Of a stretch of 54,975 nt of DNA, positions 40,961-52,513 are shown one piece after another. Every line of letters begins with the position of its first letter. Within the stretch, counting starts at the first letter, position 1. Source of the stretch: Nemertoderma westbladi (taxonomy: Eukaryota; Animalia; Xenacoelomorpha); assembly GCA_032718475.1 (NCBI GenBank), contig JAUCBJ010007676.1, forward strand, positions 1 to 54,975, written 5' to 3'. The position numbers and the translations under genes were made by a program. Under the pieces are notes generated by a model. It did not search any database. It was not told the DNA's origin and was given only the letters and a program-made list of their open reading frames with translations.

Positions 40961-43900
40961 GTTCACGCTCACGTTCACGTTTACGTTCACGCTCCTTCCA
41001 TTCACATTCACGTTCCTCCCATTCACATTCACGCTCCTCCCATTCACATTCACGCTCCTCCCATTCACATTCACGTTCCTCCCATTCACATTCACGTTCC
41101 TCCCATTCACATTCACGCTCCTCCCATTCACATTCACGCTCCTCCCATTCACATTCACGTTCCTCCCATTCACATTCACGCTCCTCCCATTCACATTCAC
41201 GCTCCTCCCAATCACGTTCACGCTCCTCCCATTCTCGTTCACGCTCCTCCCATTCACGTTCACGCTCCTCCCATTCACATTCACGCTCCTCCCATTCACG
41301 TTCACGTTCACCCCATTCACATTCACGCTCATCCCATTCACATTCACGTTCCTCCCATTCACATTCACGCTCCTCCCATTCACATTCACGCTCCTCCCAT
41401 TCACATTCACGTTCCTCCCATTCACATTCACGTTCCTCCCATTCACATTCACGTTCCTTCCATTCACGTTCACGCTCCTCCCATTCACATTCCTCCCATT
41501 CACGTTCACGCTCCTCCCATTCACATTCACGCTCCTCCCATTCACATTCACGTTCCTCCCATTCACGTTCACGCTCCTCCCATTCACATTCACGCTCCTC
41601 CCATTCACGTTCACGTTCCCCCCATTCACATTCACGCTCCTCCCATTCACATTCACGTTCCTCCCATTCACATTCACGCCCCTCCCATTCACATTCACGC
41701 TCCTTCCATTCACATTCACGCTCCTTCCATTCACATTCACGCTCCTCCCATTCACATTTACGTTCCTCCCATTCACGTTCACGTTCCTCCCATTCACATT
41801 CACGTTCCTCCCATTCACGTTCACGCTCCTCCCATTCACATTTACGCTCCTCCCATTCACATTCACGCTCCTCCCATTCACATTCGCGTTCCTCCCATTC
41901 ACATTTACGCTCCTCCCATTCACATTCACGCTCCTCCCATTCACATTCACGCTCCTCCCATTCACATTCACGCTCCACACATTCACATTCACGTTCCTCC
42001 CATTCACATTTACGCTCCTCCCATTCACATTCACGCTCCTCCCATTCACATTTACGCTCCTCCCATTCACATTCACGCTCCTCCCATTCACATTGACGCT
42101 CCTCCCATTCACATTCACGCTCCTCCCATTCACATTCGCGTTCCTCCCATTCACATTTACGCTCCTCCCATTCACATTCACGCTCCTCCCATTCACATTC
42201 ACGCTCCTCCCATTCACATTCACGCTCCTCACATTCACATTCACGTTCCTCCCATTCACATTGACGCTCCTCCCATTCACATTCACGCTCCTCCCATTCA
42301 CATTCGCGTTCCTCCCATTCACATTTACGCTCCTCCCATTCACATTCACGCTCCTCCCATTCACATTCACGCTCCTCCCATTCACATTCACGCTCCTCCC
42401 ATTCACATTCGCGTTCCTCCCATTCACATTCACGCTCCTCCCATTCACATTCACGTTCCTCCCATTCATGTTCGCGCTCCTCCCATTCACATTCACGCTC
42501 CTCCCATTCACATTGACGCTCCTCCCATTCACATTCACGTTCCTCCCATTCACGTTCACGCTCCTCCCATTCACATTTACGCTCCTCCCATTCACATTCA
42601 CGCTCATCCCATTCACATTCACGTTCCTCCCATTCACGTTCACGTTCCTCCCATTCACATTGACGCTCCTCCCATTCACATTCACGTTCCTCCCATTCAC
42701 GTTCACGCTCCTCCCATTCACATTCACGCTCCTCCCATTAACGTTCACGCTCCTCCTATTCACGTTCACGCTCCTCCCTTTCACGTTCACGCTCCTCCCA
42801 TTCACGTTCACGCTCCTCCCATTCACATTCACGTTCCTCCCATTCACATTCACGCTCCTCCCATTCACGTTCACGCTCCTCCCATTCACGTTCACGCTCC
42901 TCCCATTCACGTTCACGCTCCTCCCATTCACATTCACGCTCCTCCCATTCACGTTCACGCTCCTCCCATTCACGTTCACGCTCCTCCCATTCACATTCAC
43001 GCTCCTCCCATTCACATTCACGCTCCTCCCATTCACATTCACGTTCCTCCCATTCACATTCACGTTTCTCCCATTCACGTTCACGCTCCTCCCATTCACA
43101 TTTACGCTCCTCCCATTCACATTCACGCTCCTCCCATTCACATTCGCGTTCCTCCCATTCACATTCACGCTCCTCCCATTCACATTCACGCTCCTCCCAT
43201 TCACATTCACGTTCCTCCCATACACATTCACGTTCCTCCCATTCACATTCACGTTCCTCCCATCCACATTCACGTTCCTCCCATACACATTCACGCTCCT
43301 CTCATTCACATTCACGCTCCTCCCATACACATTCACGCTCCTCCCATCCACATTCACGTTCCTCCCATACACATTTACGCTCCTCCCATTCACATTCACG
43401 TTCCTCCCATTCACATTCACGCTCCTCCCATTCACAGTCACGCTCCTCCCATTCACATTCACGCTCCTCCCATTCACATTCGCGTTCCTCCCATTCACAT
43501 TCACGCTCCTCCCATTCACATTCACGTTCCTCCCATTCATGTTCGCGCTCCTCCCATTCACATTCACGCTCCTCCCATTCACATTGACGCTCCTCCCATT
43601 CACATTCACGTTCCTCCCATTCACGTTCACGCTCCTCCCATTCACATTTACGCTCCTCCCATTCACATTCACGCTCCTCCCATTCACATTCACGTTCCTC
43701 CCATTCACGTTCACGTTCCTCCCATTCACATTCACGTTCCTCCCATTCACGTTCACGCTCCTCCCATTCACGTTCACGCTCCTCCCATTCACATTCACGC
43801 TCCTCCCATTCACATTTACGTTCCTTCCATTCACATTCACGTTCCTCCCATACACATTCACGCTCCTCCCATTCACATTCACGCTCCTCCCATTCACATT

Positions 43901-45215
43901 CACGTTCCTCCCATACACATTCACGTTCCTCCCATTCACATTCACGTTCCTCCCATCCACATTCACGTTCCTCCCATACACATTCACGCTCCTCTCATTC
44001 ACATTCACGCTCCTCCCATACACATTCACGCTCCTCCCATTCACATTCACGCTCCTCCCATTCACATTCACGTTCCTTCCATTCACATTCACGCTCCTCC
44101 CATTCACGTTCACGCTCCTCCCATTCACATTCACGCTCCTCCCATTCACATTCACGCTCCTCCCATTCACATTCACGCTCCTCCCATTCACGTTCACGCT
44201 CCTCCCCTTCACATTCTCGTTCCTCCCATTCACATTCACGCTCCTCCCATTCACGTTCACGCTCCTCCTATTCACGTTCACGCTCCTCCCTTTCACGTTC
44301 ACGCTCCTCCCATTTACGTTTACGCTCCTCCCATTCACATTCACGCTCCTCCCATTCACGTTCACGCTCCTCCCATTCACGTTCACGCTCCTCCCATTCA
44401 CATTCACGCTCCTCCCATTCACGTTCACGCTCCTCCCATTCACGTTCACGCTCCTCCCATTCACATTCACGTTCCTCCCATTCACATTCACGCTCCTCCC
44501 ATTCACGTTCACGCTCCTCCCATTCACGTTCACGCTCCTCCCATTCACGTTCACGCTCCTCCCATTCACATTCACGCTCCTCCCATTCACGTTCACGCTC
44601 CACCCATTCACGTTCACGCTCCTCCCATTCACATTCACGTTCCTCCCATTCACATTCACGCTCCTCCCATTCACGTTCACGCTCCTCCCATTCACGTTCA
44701 CGCTCCTCCCATTCACATTCACGCTCCTCTCATTCACGTTCACGCTCCTCCCATTCACATTCACGTTCCTCCCATTCACATTCATGCTCCTCCCATTTAC
44801 GTTCACGCTCCTCCCATTCACGTTTACGCTCCCCCAATTCACGTTCACGCTCCTCCCATTCACGTTCACGCTCCTCCCATTCACATTCACGTTCCTCCCA
44901 TTCACATTCACGCTCCTCCCATTCACGTTCACGCTCCTCCCATTCACATTCACGTTCCTCCCATTCACATTTACGCTCTTCTCATTCACGTTCACGCTCC
45001 TTCCATTCACGTTCACGCTCCTCCCATTCACGTTCACGCTCCTCCCATTCACATTCACGCTCTTCCCATTCACATTCACGTTCCTCCCATTCACGTTCAC
45101 GTTCCTCCCATTCACATTCACGCTCCTCCCATTCACGTTCACGCTCCTCCCATTCACATTTACGCTCCTTCCATTCACGTTCACGCTCCTTCCATTCACG
45201 TTCACATTCCTCCCA
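40960..45215. repeat. 21-bp minisatellite (~200 copies), continuing at 53052-53107 beyond the inserted LTR element
   Basis: Unit CCCATTCAC(A/G)TTCACG(C/T)TCCT; the same unit resumes after the 3' LTR. Confidence 0.98.
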
Positions 45216-45753
45216 TGTTAGCTTATCCAATTCCGCTAACACAAACCCATAGAGTGAGCCGATAAGCAATATTGGGGGCCACGAGGTTGGTTACCAAATC
45301 TCGTGTCACCCCAACAAAGTGGGAAGGAGAAACGCACAATAAGGTTCAGGGGCCAAACCCCTAACAGAGAGAGAACAGCAGGAGTGAAGGGAAACACTCC
45401 AAAGGGTGCCAACAGTGATATTAGCCAATGGGGGGACAGCATCGACTAGGTACTGTAACAAGGCCAAACCGTGCAATATATTACCGGTCGATGCAATCAG
45501 TTATTCAGTTTACTCAGTCAGCTCAGTAGGGTGGAACGGTGACTTCTATCACCGTCCGCTACCGCCATCACGTGTAATACTTCTGTACTTATCTACCGGT
45601 AACCAGTTATCCATGTCTGCTATATCAACTATATTATACCTTTCTACATATTACCGAACATCAGAACTCTAAACAAACCTTTTCATATACACGGCGGGGA
45701 CGCGTAGATAGAAAACCCAAACGGATAAACCGGGATCCGTATATCCTGTCACA
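45216..45753 (+). repeat. 5' LTR (538 bp)
   Basis: Aligns with 52514-53051; contains CCAAT (~45425), a TATA-like AATATATTA (~45475) and TCAGT initiator-like motifs (~45497-45527). Confidence 0.96.
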
Positions 45754-45921
45754 GTGATAGAATCCTAGCAGCTACCCTCACAGTGATAGAATCCTAGCAG
45801 CTACCCTAACAGTGATAGAACTCCAGCTGCAACTGCCAACCACAGTGATAGAATCAAACTGCCCGAGCTGACTGCAACAGTGATAGAACTCCAGCTGCGA
45901 CTGCCAACCACAGTGATAGAA
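45751..45921 (+). repeat. Six tandem copies of the LTR-end/PBS junction motif ACAGTGATAGAA
   Basis: Copies at 45751, 45780, 45809, 45842, 45877 and 45910. Confidence 0.9.
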
Positions 45922-45975
45922 CTAGATCCAACCAACTGGCCTGACAGACTGTGGCTGCCAGCCACCAAAGACAAG

Positions 45976-48891
45976 ATGAGTAGAGGAGGAGAGACGACAT
46001 CGCCGCGGACCCCGGACGGAGACCTAACAATCCGTGAGGCCGCGACGAGACGATACGGACCCACGACACCGGTCGATGCTACGTCGACCAGGTCGACGCC
46101 GGTTGACGCCACGTCAATAACGAGGAACCCGGCGAACCAAGATGTGGGGGGTCATCTACGAGGAGAGAGTGAGTCGAGTAGAGGAGAGAGCAAGACGGGG
46201 GAGGAGGGAGACGAGTCGACACACGACGGCGGTCGACGTGCCGGTGTCGCCGGCCAGCGAGAGGCCGAAGGCGACGGACGGCCCACCGGAACGGCAACGG
46301 TGGAGCCGACGGTACGACGCCAAACCCAGAGGGAGAGAGGAGATGTCGACGACGAGGACGTCGGGGTCGTCCGGCTCCGACGAGCCTACGCCGCAACCCG
46401 GGAACAACTGAAGGAAGCTAGAGGAGGGGCTGATATAGACCAGGTGAAGTTGAGGAGACGACTAGGTGAGTCGAACAGATACTTTGATTACCTAGTGCGT
46501 TCTGGGCAGGGAGAACTGGCCGAGAAGAGAGCGAGAGGGGTTGCCTTTGAACTGTTTGGGCTATGGGAACGTAGGGGTATGGGGCCTGGTGTAGTGTACA
46601 TAGGGCCATACTTAGTCGATGCCAGGGAAGTTAAGTTAGTGGGTTGGGCGGGACAGCACGAGGGCGAATCCGAGGTTAGCTCCGAGGATTCGGTCTTGTC
46701 GGTCAGCGAGAACCCCGGAAAGCGGGGGAAAGTTAGTAGGACGGAGGGGCGGCGGGAGTCCGTCGCAACCGATAAGTCTGCTACATCCTCCGCAAAAGAA
46801 AGACGGGTGCGAGAGAGTGAACGCATGGTATATAAATTAAAAATGGAAGAATTAGAGTGGCGACTGAGGGGAAGGAAGGAACAAGAGAGTGAACGCGAAG
46901 AGCGTGAGGCAAGAGAACAGAGCGTGCGGTACACGTACAGTACGTACAGTAACCGTACGGGCGGGGTAGTAGTAGTATGTTAGGAAATATTGGTATTAAT
47001 AGTACCGTAGTAAATAACCCTAATCCCTTTATTACAGGAAATATTTTACCCGGTAGTAGTAATTTAAGTTTAAATTCAAATAATAATATTAATTCAAATA
47101 TTCAGAATAATTCAAATAATTCGAATAATAATTTAAATTTTGAAAATAATAATAATTCTAACTTAAATAATTTAAATAATAATCCCGTTTCAAATTTTAA
47201 TAATTTAATTGATTTAACAAATAATATTGGGAATGGTGCTATTAATGTGAACGCGTCAGACGTGTATAGCCCAGCAGACGGCGGCCTGGTAGGCCACGTA
47301 GTTGGTAGGCAGGGGGTAGCGTGGTTGAGCCAACCCGAGGTGGGCCTGGAAGGCCACGCAGTAGTAGAGAGAGAGGCGTGGGTGAATAGACCCAGCCGTA
47401 GTAGAGACAGTGTGTCGACTAGAGAGGGGTGTAGAAGTGTAGTAAGAGATAGTGAAGTTAGATGTGGCGGGTGGGGGGGGGGGGGGCTACGGGCGCCCCA
47501 CCACATAAAATTAGCGGCGAGAGAGGGGGGGGGGGCAGAGAATGCCCCACAAGAGGGGTGTAGAAGTGTAGTAAGAGGTAGTGAAGTTAGAAGTGGCGGG
47601 TGGGGGGGGGGGGGGGGGGCTACGGGCGCCCCACCACAGAAGATTAGTGGCGAGAGAAGGGGGGTAGAGAGTGTCCGACAAGAGGGACGCAGAAGTGAAG
47701 TAAGAGATAGTAAAGTTAGAAGTGGCGGGTGGGGGGGGGGGGGGGGGCTACGGGCACCCCACCGCGAGGGATTAGTAGCGAGAGAGGGGGGCAGAGAGTG
47801 TCCCACAGGCGTCGGCAGATAATGCGCGGGCCGAATTAGGTAAACCGCAACACCCGGCGATGGAGAATAATAGGGGGATTGCGAGTATCTCCAGCGGCGT
47901 GCGATCGAGCAGAGAGAGACAGGTTGACGTCGCGAGAGGGCGGGCGACGGAGCGTCGAGCCCAGTCAGAAGAGAGAAGATTAGTAGAGTTTAACAGAGAG
48001 TTCGAAGATAGAGGAAGGGAAGATAGTAGAAGAGTCGTTGCTAGGAGCAACCGGAGAGCGAGGACGGATAGTGAGCCGTCGATAGTAGAGATGGAGTTAG
48101 GGAGTCAGTGGGGTCGAACTTCGGGAGATTGCCGTCGCCCCGGAGAAACGCACCGCACGCCAAGAGAGGGGTACAGGACGTACCGATACGAAGAAGAGAA
48201 CAGGAGTGGGGATCGAAGAGAAGCTTCCCGACGGGTTATAGCTGCCGATCGAGAGTATGGTAGTCGCGGGAGATTCGAGATTCGCGAAGAATAAACTTCG
48301 ATTCGGAAGGGCACATGCAGACTGCAGGACATACTGTAGGCCTTACTGCACATACTATTATAGGCCATGCTGGGAGAGATAGCGTAGGCAATAGGGTAGC
48401 GCGGACGACGGGATTAAACCCGGAAGTCGCGGAGTACATACAGGTAGGTAGGCAAGAAGTGAATAGGCCTATATCGGTACCGGTACAGCAGCATGACTAT
48501 AATTTCCAGGGACACAACATATATCCAGGGGAGGGGGGAATTATTGCAGATAGATGCATGGGCCCCAATATATTAACATCAACCCCAGTACCAAACATAC
48601 CGGTGGGAGGGGGACAGGGTGACATTCCCCCATCACAATATCAACAATATACCCCAATAGGAGCGAGAACATCGAACCCCTTGGACGAGAACAGTTCATG
48701 CGACACAGAAATATGGAGGGGGCCGTTACACCCCCAATGATATATCCGACGCAAAGGACAACAACAGATAGGACGGACGGACCGCACCCAACAGGAGAAA
48801 CTATACAACATCCATCAAACCCATTAGAAGCGCAAGCGATGGGAATAGCCACATTGATCGATGCGTTAAAAACTAGGATCGAGTTACACCT
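45976..48891 (+). pseudogene. N-terminal gag region of the 45216-53051 element, broken by stops and frameshifts, with an Asn-rich tract and ~135-bp G-rich triplication
   Basis: Consecutive + strand ORFs 45880-46983, 46977-47822, 47860-48294, 48315-48740 and 48698-48970 lead into the capsid domain; SATSS...E/R-rich coiled coil typical of BEL gag. Confidence 0.7.
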
Positions 48892-51123
48892 GTGGAACCA
48901 TTTAAATTCGATGGGAGTAGGCCGGAAGAATATCTACAGTTTCGGCGCATGTATAGTAACGAAATATTAAGTAAGAACTTGACGCAGGCGGAGTGCCTAA
49001 AATATCTGCAAGTATATACTGGAGGCCCAGCATACGACATCGTGAGGCAATACCAGGGCATCGAGGGCGGCTTCACGACAGCATGGCGGGCGCTAGATAG
49101 GGAATACGGGCACCCGGCCAAGATCATCCGGCAAACCCTGAGAGGCATAACATCGGATGGCCTACAGGACAATCCCGTTAGCATAAGGACCTTTGCAAAC
49201 AAGGTCGAGAAGGCGTTAATCGTGTTAAAGACGCTAGACGCACCATACGAACTCAACGCGTCTAACAACATCACCACGATAGCGCAGGCACTGCCGATCT
49301 GGTTACGAAGGAAGTGGAGGAAGATAGCCTTCTCCACACGGGAGAAGAAGGGTGCGGAACCGGGCTTAGAAGAGATGTCGAGCTTCCTCAACTATGAAGC
49401 CGAATTAATAACAGACCCAGTCTATAGCGATGATAGTCTGGGGACAAGCCATAAGCCCAAACACGATCCTGCAGATCCATTCCCGAGAGTAGGACAATCA
49501 CTACCACGTGCGGCCACACAGGGGACTGCTAGTCCACGGTTAGCTGGTAGTAGGGCCACACCATGGCGGGGACAGAAAGAAAATAACACCATAAATAAAC
49601 ATAATTCCAATGTACCCAGTAGGCCGAATACAGACAACCAAAACTCTAAATCGATACATATAAACCTAGGCGCGATACGTGAGGGACTATACAGGGAACG
49701 CTATAATCCGGGATTCGAATGTCAATTACATCGGGACGGAACACATAAGACCAGGAGTTGTAAGCACTGGCAAGCGTTGCCCAAACAAGATCGTGTAGCC
49801 TACACAGACGCGAACGGACTATGTCATCGATGTGAGGTAGAAGGACACAGGTCCGGAGAGTGTAGAGAAACAGCAGCAAGAGAGGAGGAGACTGGAGGCC
49901 AAACAGCAGCTAGAAGCACTACAGAAGAGAAGAAGAAGAGAAAAGTACTACTCGGGGTAGTACCAGTGAAGATATCAGGAGAGAGCGGTCGATCAGTAAC
50001 GACATTAATGCTGGTCGACAGCGGAGCAGCCTTCACACAGGTGGAGAACTGGGTGGCCGAAGAGATAGGGCTAAAGACGAGGCTGAACAGAATGGCGGTA
50101 ACTACCGTCTCGAGTAAAGATGAGGTCCTGGAGACGAGGACGGGGCGGTGCAGGATAGCAGCGATTGCACCGGGATGCGGCTATGGGGCGACGATTGACC
50201 CCATCCATGTCATCGAATCGATAAACATCAACGCCAGGCGACCAACCAACATTGAGGTCGAGCAGTATAGATTCCTGAACGGTATCGATTTCTCAATACC
50301 AAAGGTGGACATTAGGAAGGTGTCCATTATAGTAGGAATGGACTGCCCGACGGCCCATGAGAGGATGAAGACGGTCTTCGGCGAAGACAGGCAGCGGGAC
50401 CCGACGGCAATCCTCACGCCGTTCGGATGGACGCTTAGCGGCCCAGTTAAAACCAACATCCCATGCAGTGTGACAGAGACATCTGGGTGCATGATACCAG
50501 GCACCGAAGACACAGAGGAAGTAGAGGAGAAACAAGAGATAGTAGAGCCAGATAGGGAGGTGACAGTAAGAAAGTGGGCAGAGGAGAGTAGGTTTCCCAA
50601 CAAGCATCGGTATGGAGATGGAGCGGAGCGGACGGCGAGGTGTCCGGAGGACAACACTCCAGAGGAGTGTCTGGAGGAATGTCCAGAGGAGTGTCCGGAA
50701 GAGACGCCGGTCCGGTTTGGAGGCATACTGACAAGGGGGAAGTTGAGAAGGAAGGCAGGATGGAAAGGGATAGGACTACTATTGTACCTTCTGTTCTGCC
50801 TGTTCTTTCACTTTCTATTCATTCTGCCGGTGGGAGACAACAAGGAGAGAAGTGGCATTTTGATGCCAGGAGATGAGCTAGTTAAGAAGGCGGCGGAGAG
50901 ACCCGATTTCAGGGTGGCAGAAGAGGGAGAACCAATTCCTGGTGAGATGGAATTGGCGAAGAGAGTGCGGCGAATCCTACAGGACCTACAAGAGCAGCAG
51001 TGGAGAGTGCCTGTTGGAAGAATCGCCCTAGTTAGGAGGTTTAGTCGTCCAATATTTTGGACTGAGGGGGTGGGAATGAGGGCGAGACACCCTTCCCACA
51101 CTAATAATTATTTAATTAATTAA
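48892..51123 (+). CDS. BEL/Pao gag capsid, zinc knuckles and aspartic protease, with a divergent C-terminal tail
   Basis: PFKFDGSRPEEYLQF...CLKYLQVYTGGPA...AWRALDREYG; CQLH...H....C; LCHRC....H....C; LVDSGAAFT; IIVGMDCP; PTAILTPFGWTLSGP. Confidence 0.88.
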   Translation: MEPFKFDGSRPEEYLQFRRMYSNEILSKNLTQAECLKYLQVYTGGPAYDIVRQYQGIEGGFTTAWRALDREYGHPAKIIRQTLRGITSDGLQDNPVSIRTFANKVEKALIVLKTLDAPYELNASNNITTIAQALPIWLRRKWRKIAFSTREKKGAEPGLEEMSSFLNYEAELITDPVYSDDSLGTSHKPKHDPADPFPRVGQSLPRAATQGTASPRLAGSRATPWRGQKENNTINKHNSNVPSRPNTDNQNSKSIHINLGAIREGLYRERYNPGFECQLHRDGTHKTRSCKHWQALPKQDRVAYTDANGLCHRCEVEGHRSGECRETAAREEETGGQTAARSTTEEKKKRKVLLGVVPVKISGESGRSVTTLMLVDSGAAFTQVENWVAEEIGLKTRLNRMAVTTVSSKDEVLETRTGRCRIAAIAPGCGYGATIDPIHVIESININARRPTNIEVEQYRFLNGIDFSIPKVDIRKVSIIVGMDCPTAHERMKTVFGEDRQRDPTAILTPFGWTLSGPVKTNIPCSVTETSGCMIPGTEDTEEVEEKQEIVEPDREVTVRKWAEESRFPNKHRYGDGAERTARCPEDNTPEECLEECPEECPEETPVRFGGILTRGKLRRKAGWKGIGLLLYLLFCLFFHFLFILPVGDNKERSGILMPGDELVKKAAERPDFRVAEEGEPIPGEMELAKRVRRILQDLQEQQWRVPVGRIALVRRFSRPIFWTEGVGMRARHPSHTNNYLIN

Positions 51124-51199
51124 ATAAAATAATTAAATAATAAAATAAGAAAGTAACAGTTAGTAGAAGTTAGAAGTAGTAAAGGATAGTAAGTAGAGT

Positions 51200-52035
51200 A
51201 GTTAGAAGGCGGCGGGGTAAGGGAGTGTGGCATATTGTCATGCCACGAGTAGTAGTAGGGGGGTTGTGGGCACCGGAAGCGCCACGTAGAAAGTAGTAAG
51301 AGAGTGGTTGTGGGCACCGCAAGCGCCACGTAGATAGGAGTTAGTAGTAAGCAGAGAGGTTGTGGGCACCGGAAGCGCCACGTAGTAGAGTGGTAGAGAC
51401 GGGCACATAGGGTGCCAGGTAGTAGAGTAGTAGAGAGGGCACATAGGGTGCCAGATAGTAGAGTGGTTGTGGGCACCGTAAGCGCCACGTAGAAGGATAG
51501 TAGGTTAGAAGGTGGCAGGGTAAGGGAGTGTGGCATATTATCATGCCACGAGTAGTAGTAGGGGGGTTGTGGGCACCGGAAGCGCCACGTAGTAGAGTGG
51601 TAGAGATGGGCACATAGGGTGCCAGGTAGTAGAGTAGTAGAGAGGGCACATAGGGTGCCAGATAGTAGAGTGGTTGTGGGCACCGTAAGCGCCACGTAGA
51701 AGGATAGTAGGTTAGAAAGCGGCGGGGTAGGGGAGTGTGGCATATTAACATGCCACGAGTAGTAGTAGGGGGGTTGTGGGCACCGTAAGCGCCACGTAGA
51801 AAGAGAGTAGAAGGGTTGTGGGCACCGGAAGCGCCACGTAGAGTAGAAGTAGTAGTAGAGTGGTTGTGGGCACCGCAAGCGCCACGTAGAGAGTAGAAAG
51901 GAGTAGAGTTAGAGTTAGTAGAGATTTAGAGGGTTTTAGTTAGAGTTAGTAGTAGAGTGGTCGTGGGCACCGCAAGCGCCACGTAGATGGAGGTAGTAGC
52001 GTAGGGTTGTGGGCACCCTAAGCGCCATGTAGTAG
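51200..52035 (+). repeat. Array of conserved hairpin-forming motifs in purine-rich spacers (3' noncoding region)
   Basis: 11x GGTTGTGGGCACCGNAAGCGCCACGTAG, 3x GTGGCAT-N6-ATGCCAC, 4x GGCAC-ATAGG-GTGCC. Confidence 0.9.
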
Positions 52036-52513
52036 AAGAGTTGGTAAGAGTTAGTAGACTTAGCAGAGAGTAGAGTTAGTAGTTAGTAGTTAGATAGTTA
52101 GAGTTAGTAAGTTAGATAAGGTAGATAGTATGATAGCACAGGGGTAGCATTAGAGGTCAGGGCCTTAGAGAGTGGCAGAGAGTAGAGAGGAGATAGTGAG
52201 AGGAGCTGTTGGCGAGAGAGTTAGAGTGCGATTCAGGTGTGGGGAGAGGGTAAGAGCGAGTTGAGTAAGAGAGCGGAGTTAGAGTGGTGAGAGTGTTGGG
52301 GAAACAAAAATTGTGTGAGAGAAGCGCACGATCGGCCCGACACGAGATGCCAGAGGGTAGTGACATCATACCCATAGGGAGCGGCCTGGAAAGCCGGCTC
52401 CGAGAAAAAAATAATCCCACCCCACACCCGATACTAGATCGAGTTCCAGCGGAATTGAAGCGCACTTTTTGGTTGATGCTATCTTCTTACCGGGAAGATA
52501 GCATGGGGGGGAG

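Noticed and set aside
40928-45265. Giant ORFs of 1445, 1420 and 1042 aa (PPIHIHA, NGRSVNV, LPFTFTL repeats)
   Set aside because: They arise because a 21-bp unit lacks stops in most frames; overlapping ORFs on both strands and the interrupting LTR insertion argue against real genes.
50760-50830. env gene suggested by a hydrophobic segment
   Set aside because: Single short hydrophobic run with no signal peptide or ectodomain; may be an out-of-frame or junction-derived stretch.
51200-52035. CRISPR-like look (conserved 28-nt repeat with variable spacers)
   Set aside because: Eukaryotic context inside an LTR element, no cas genes, and spacers are low-complexity, mutually related and very unequal in length.
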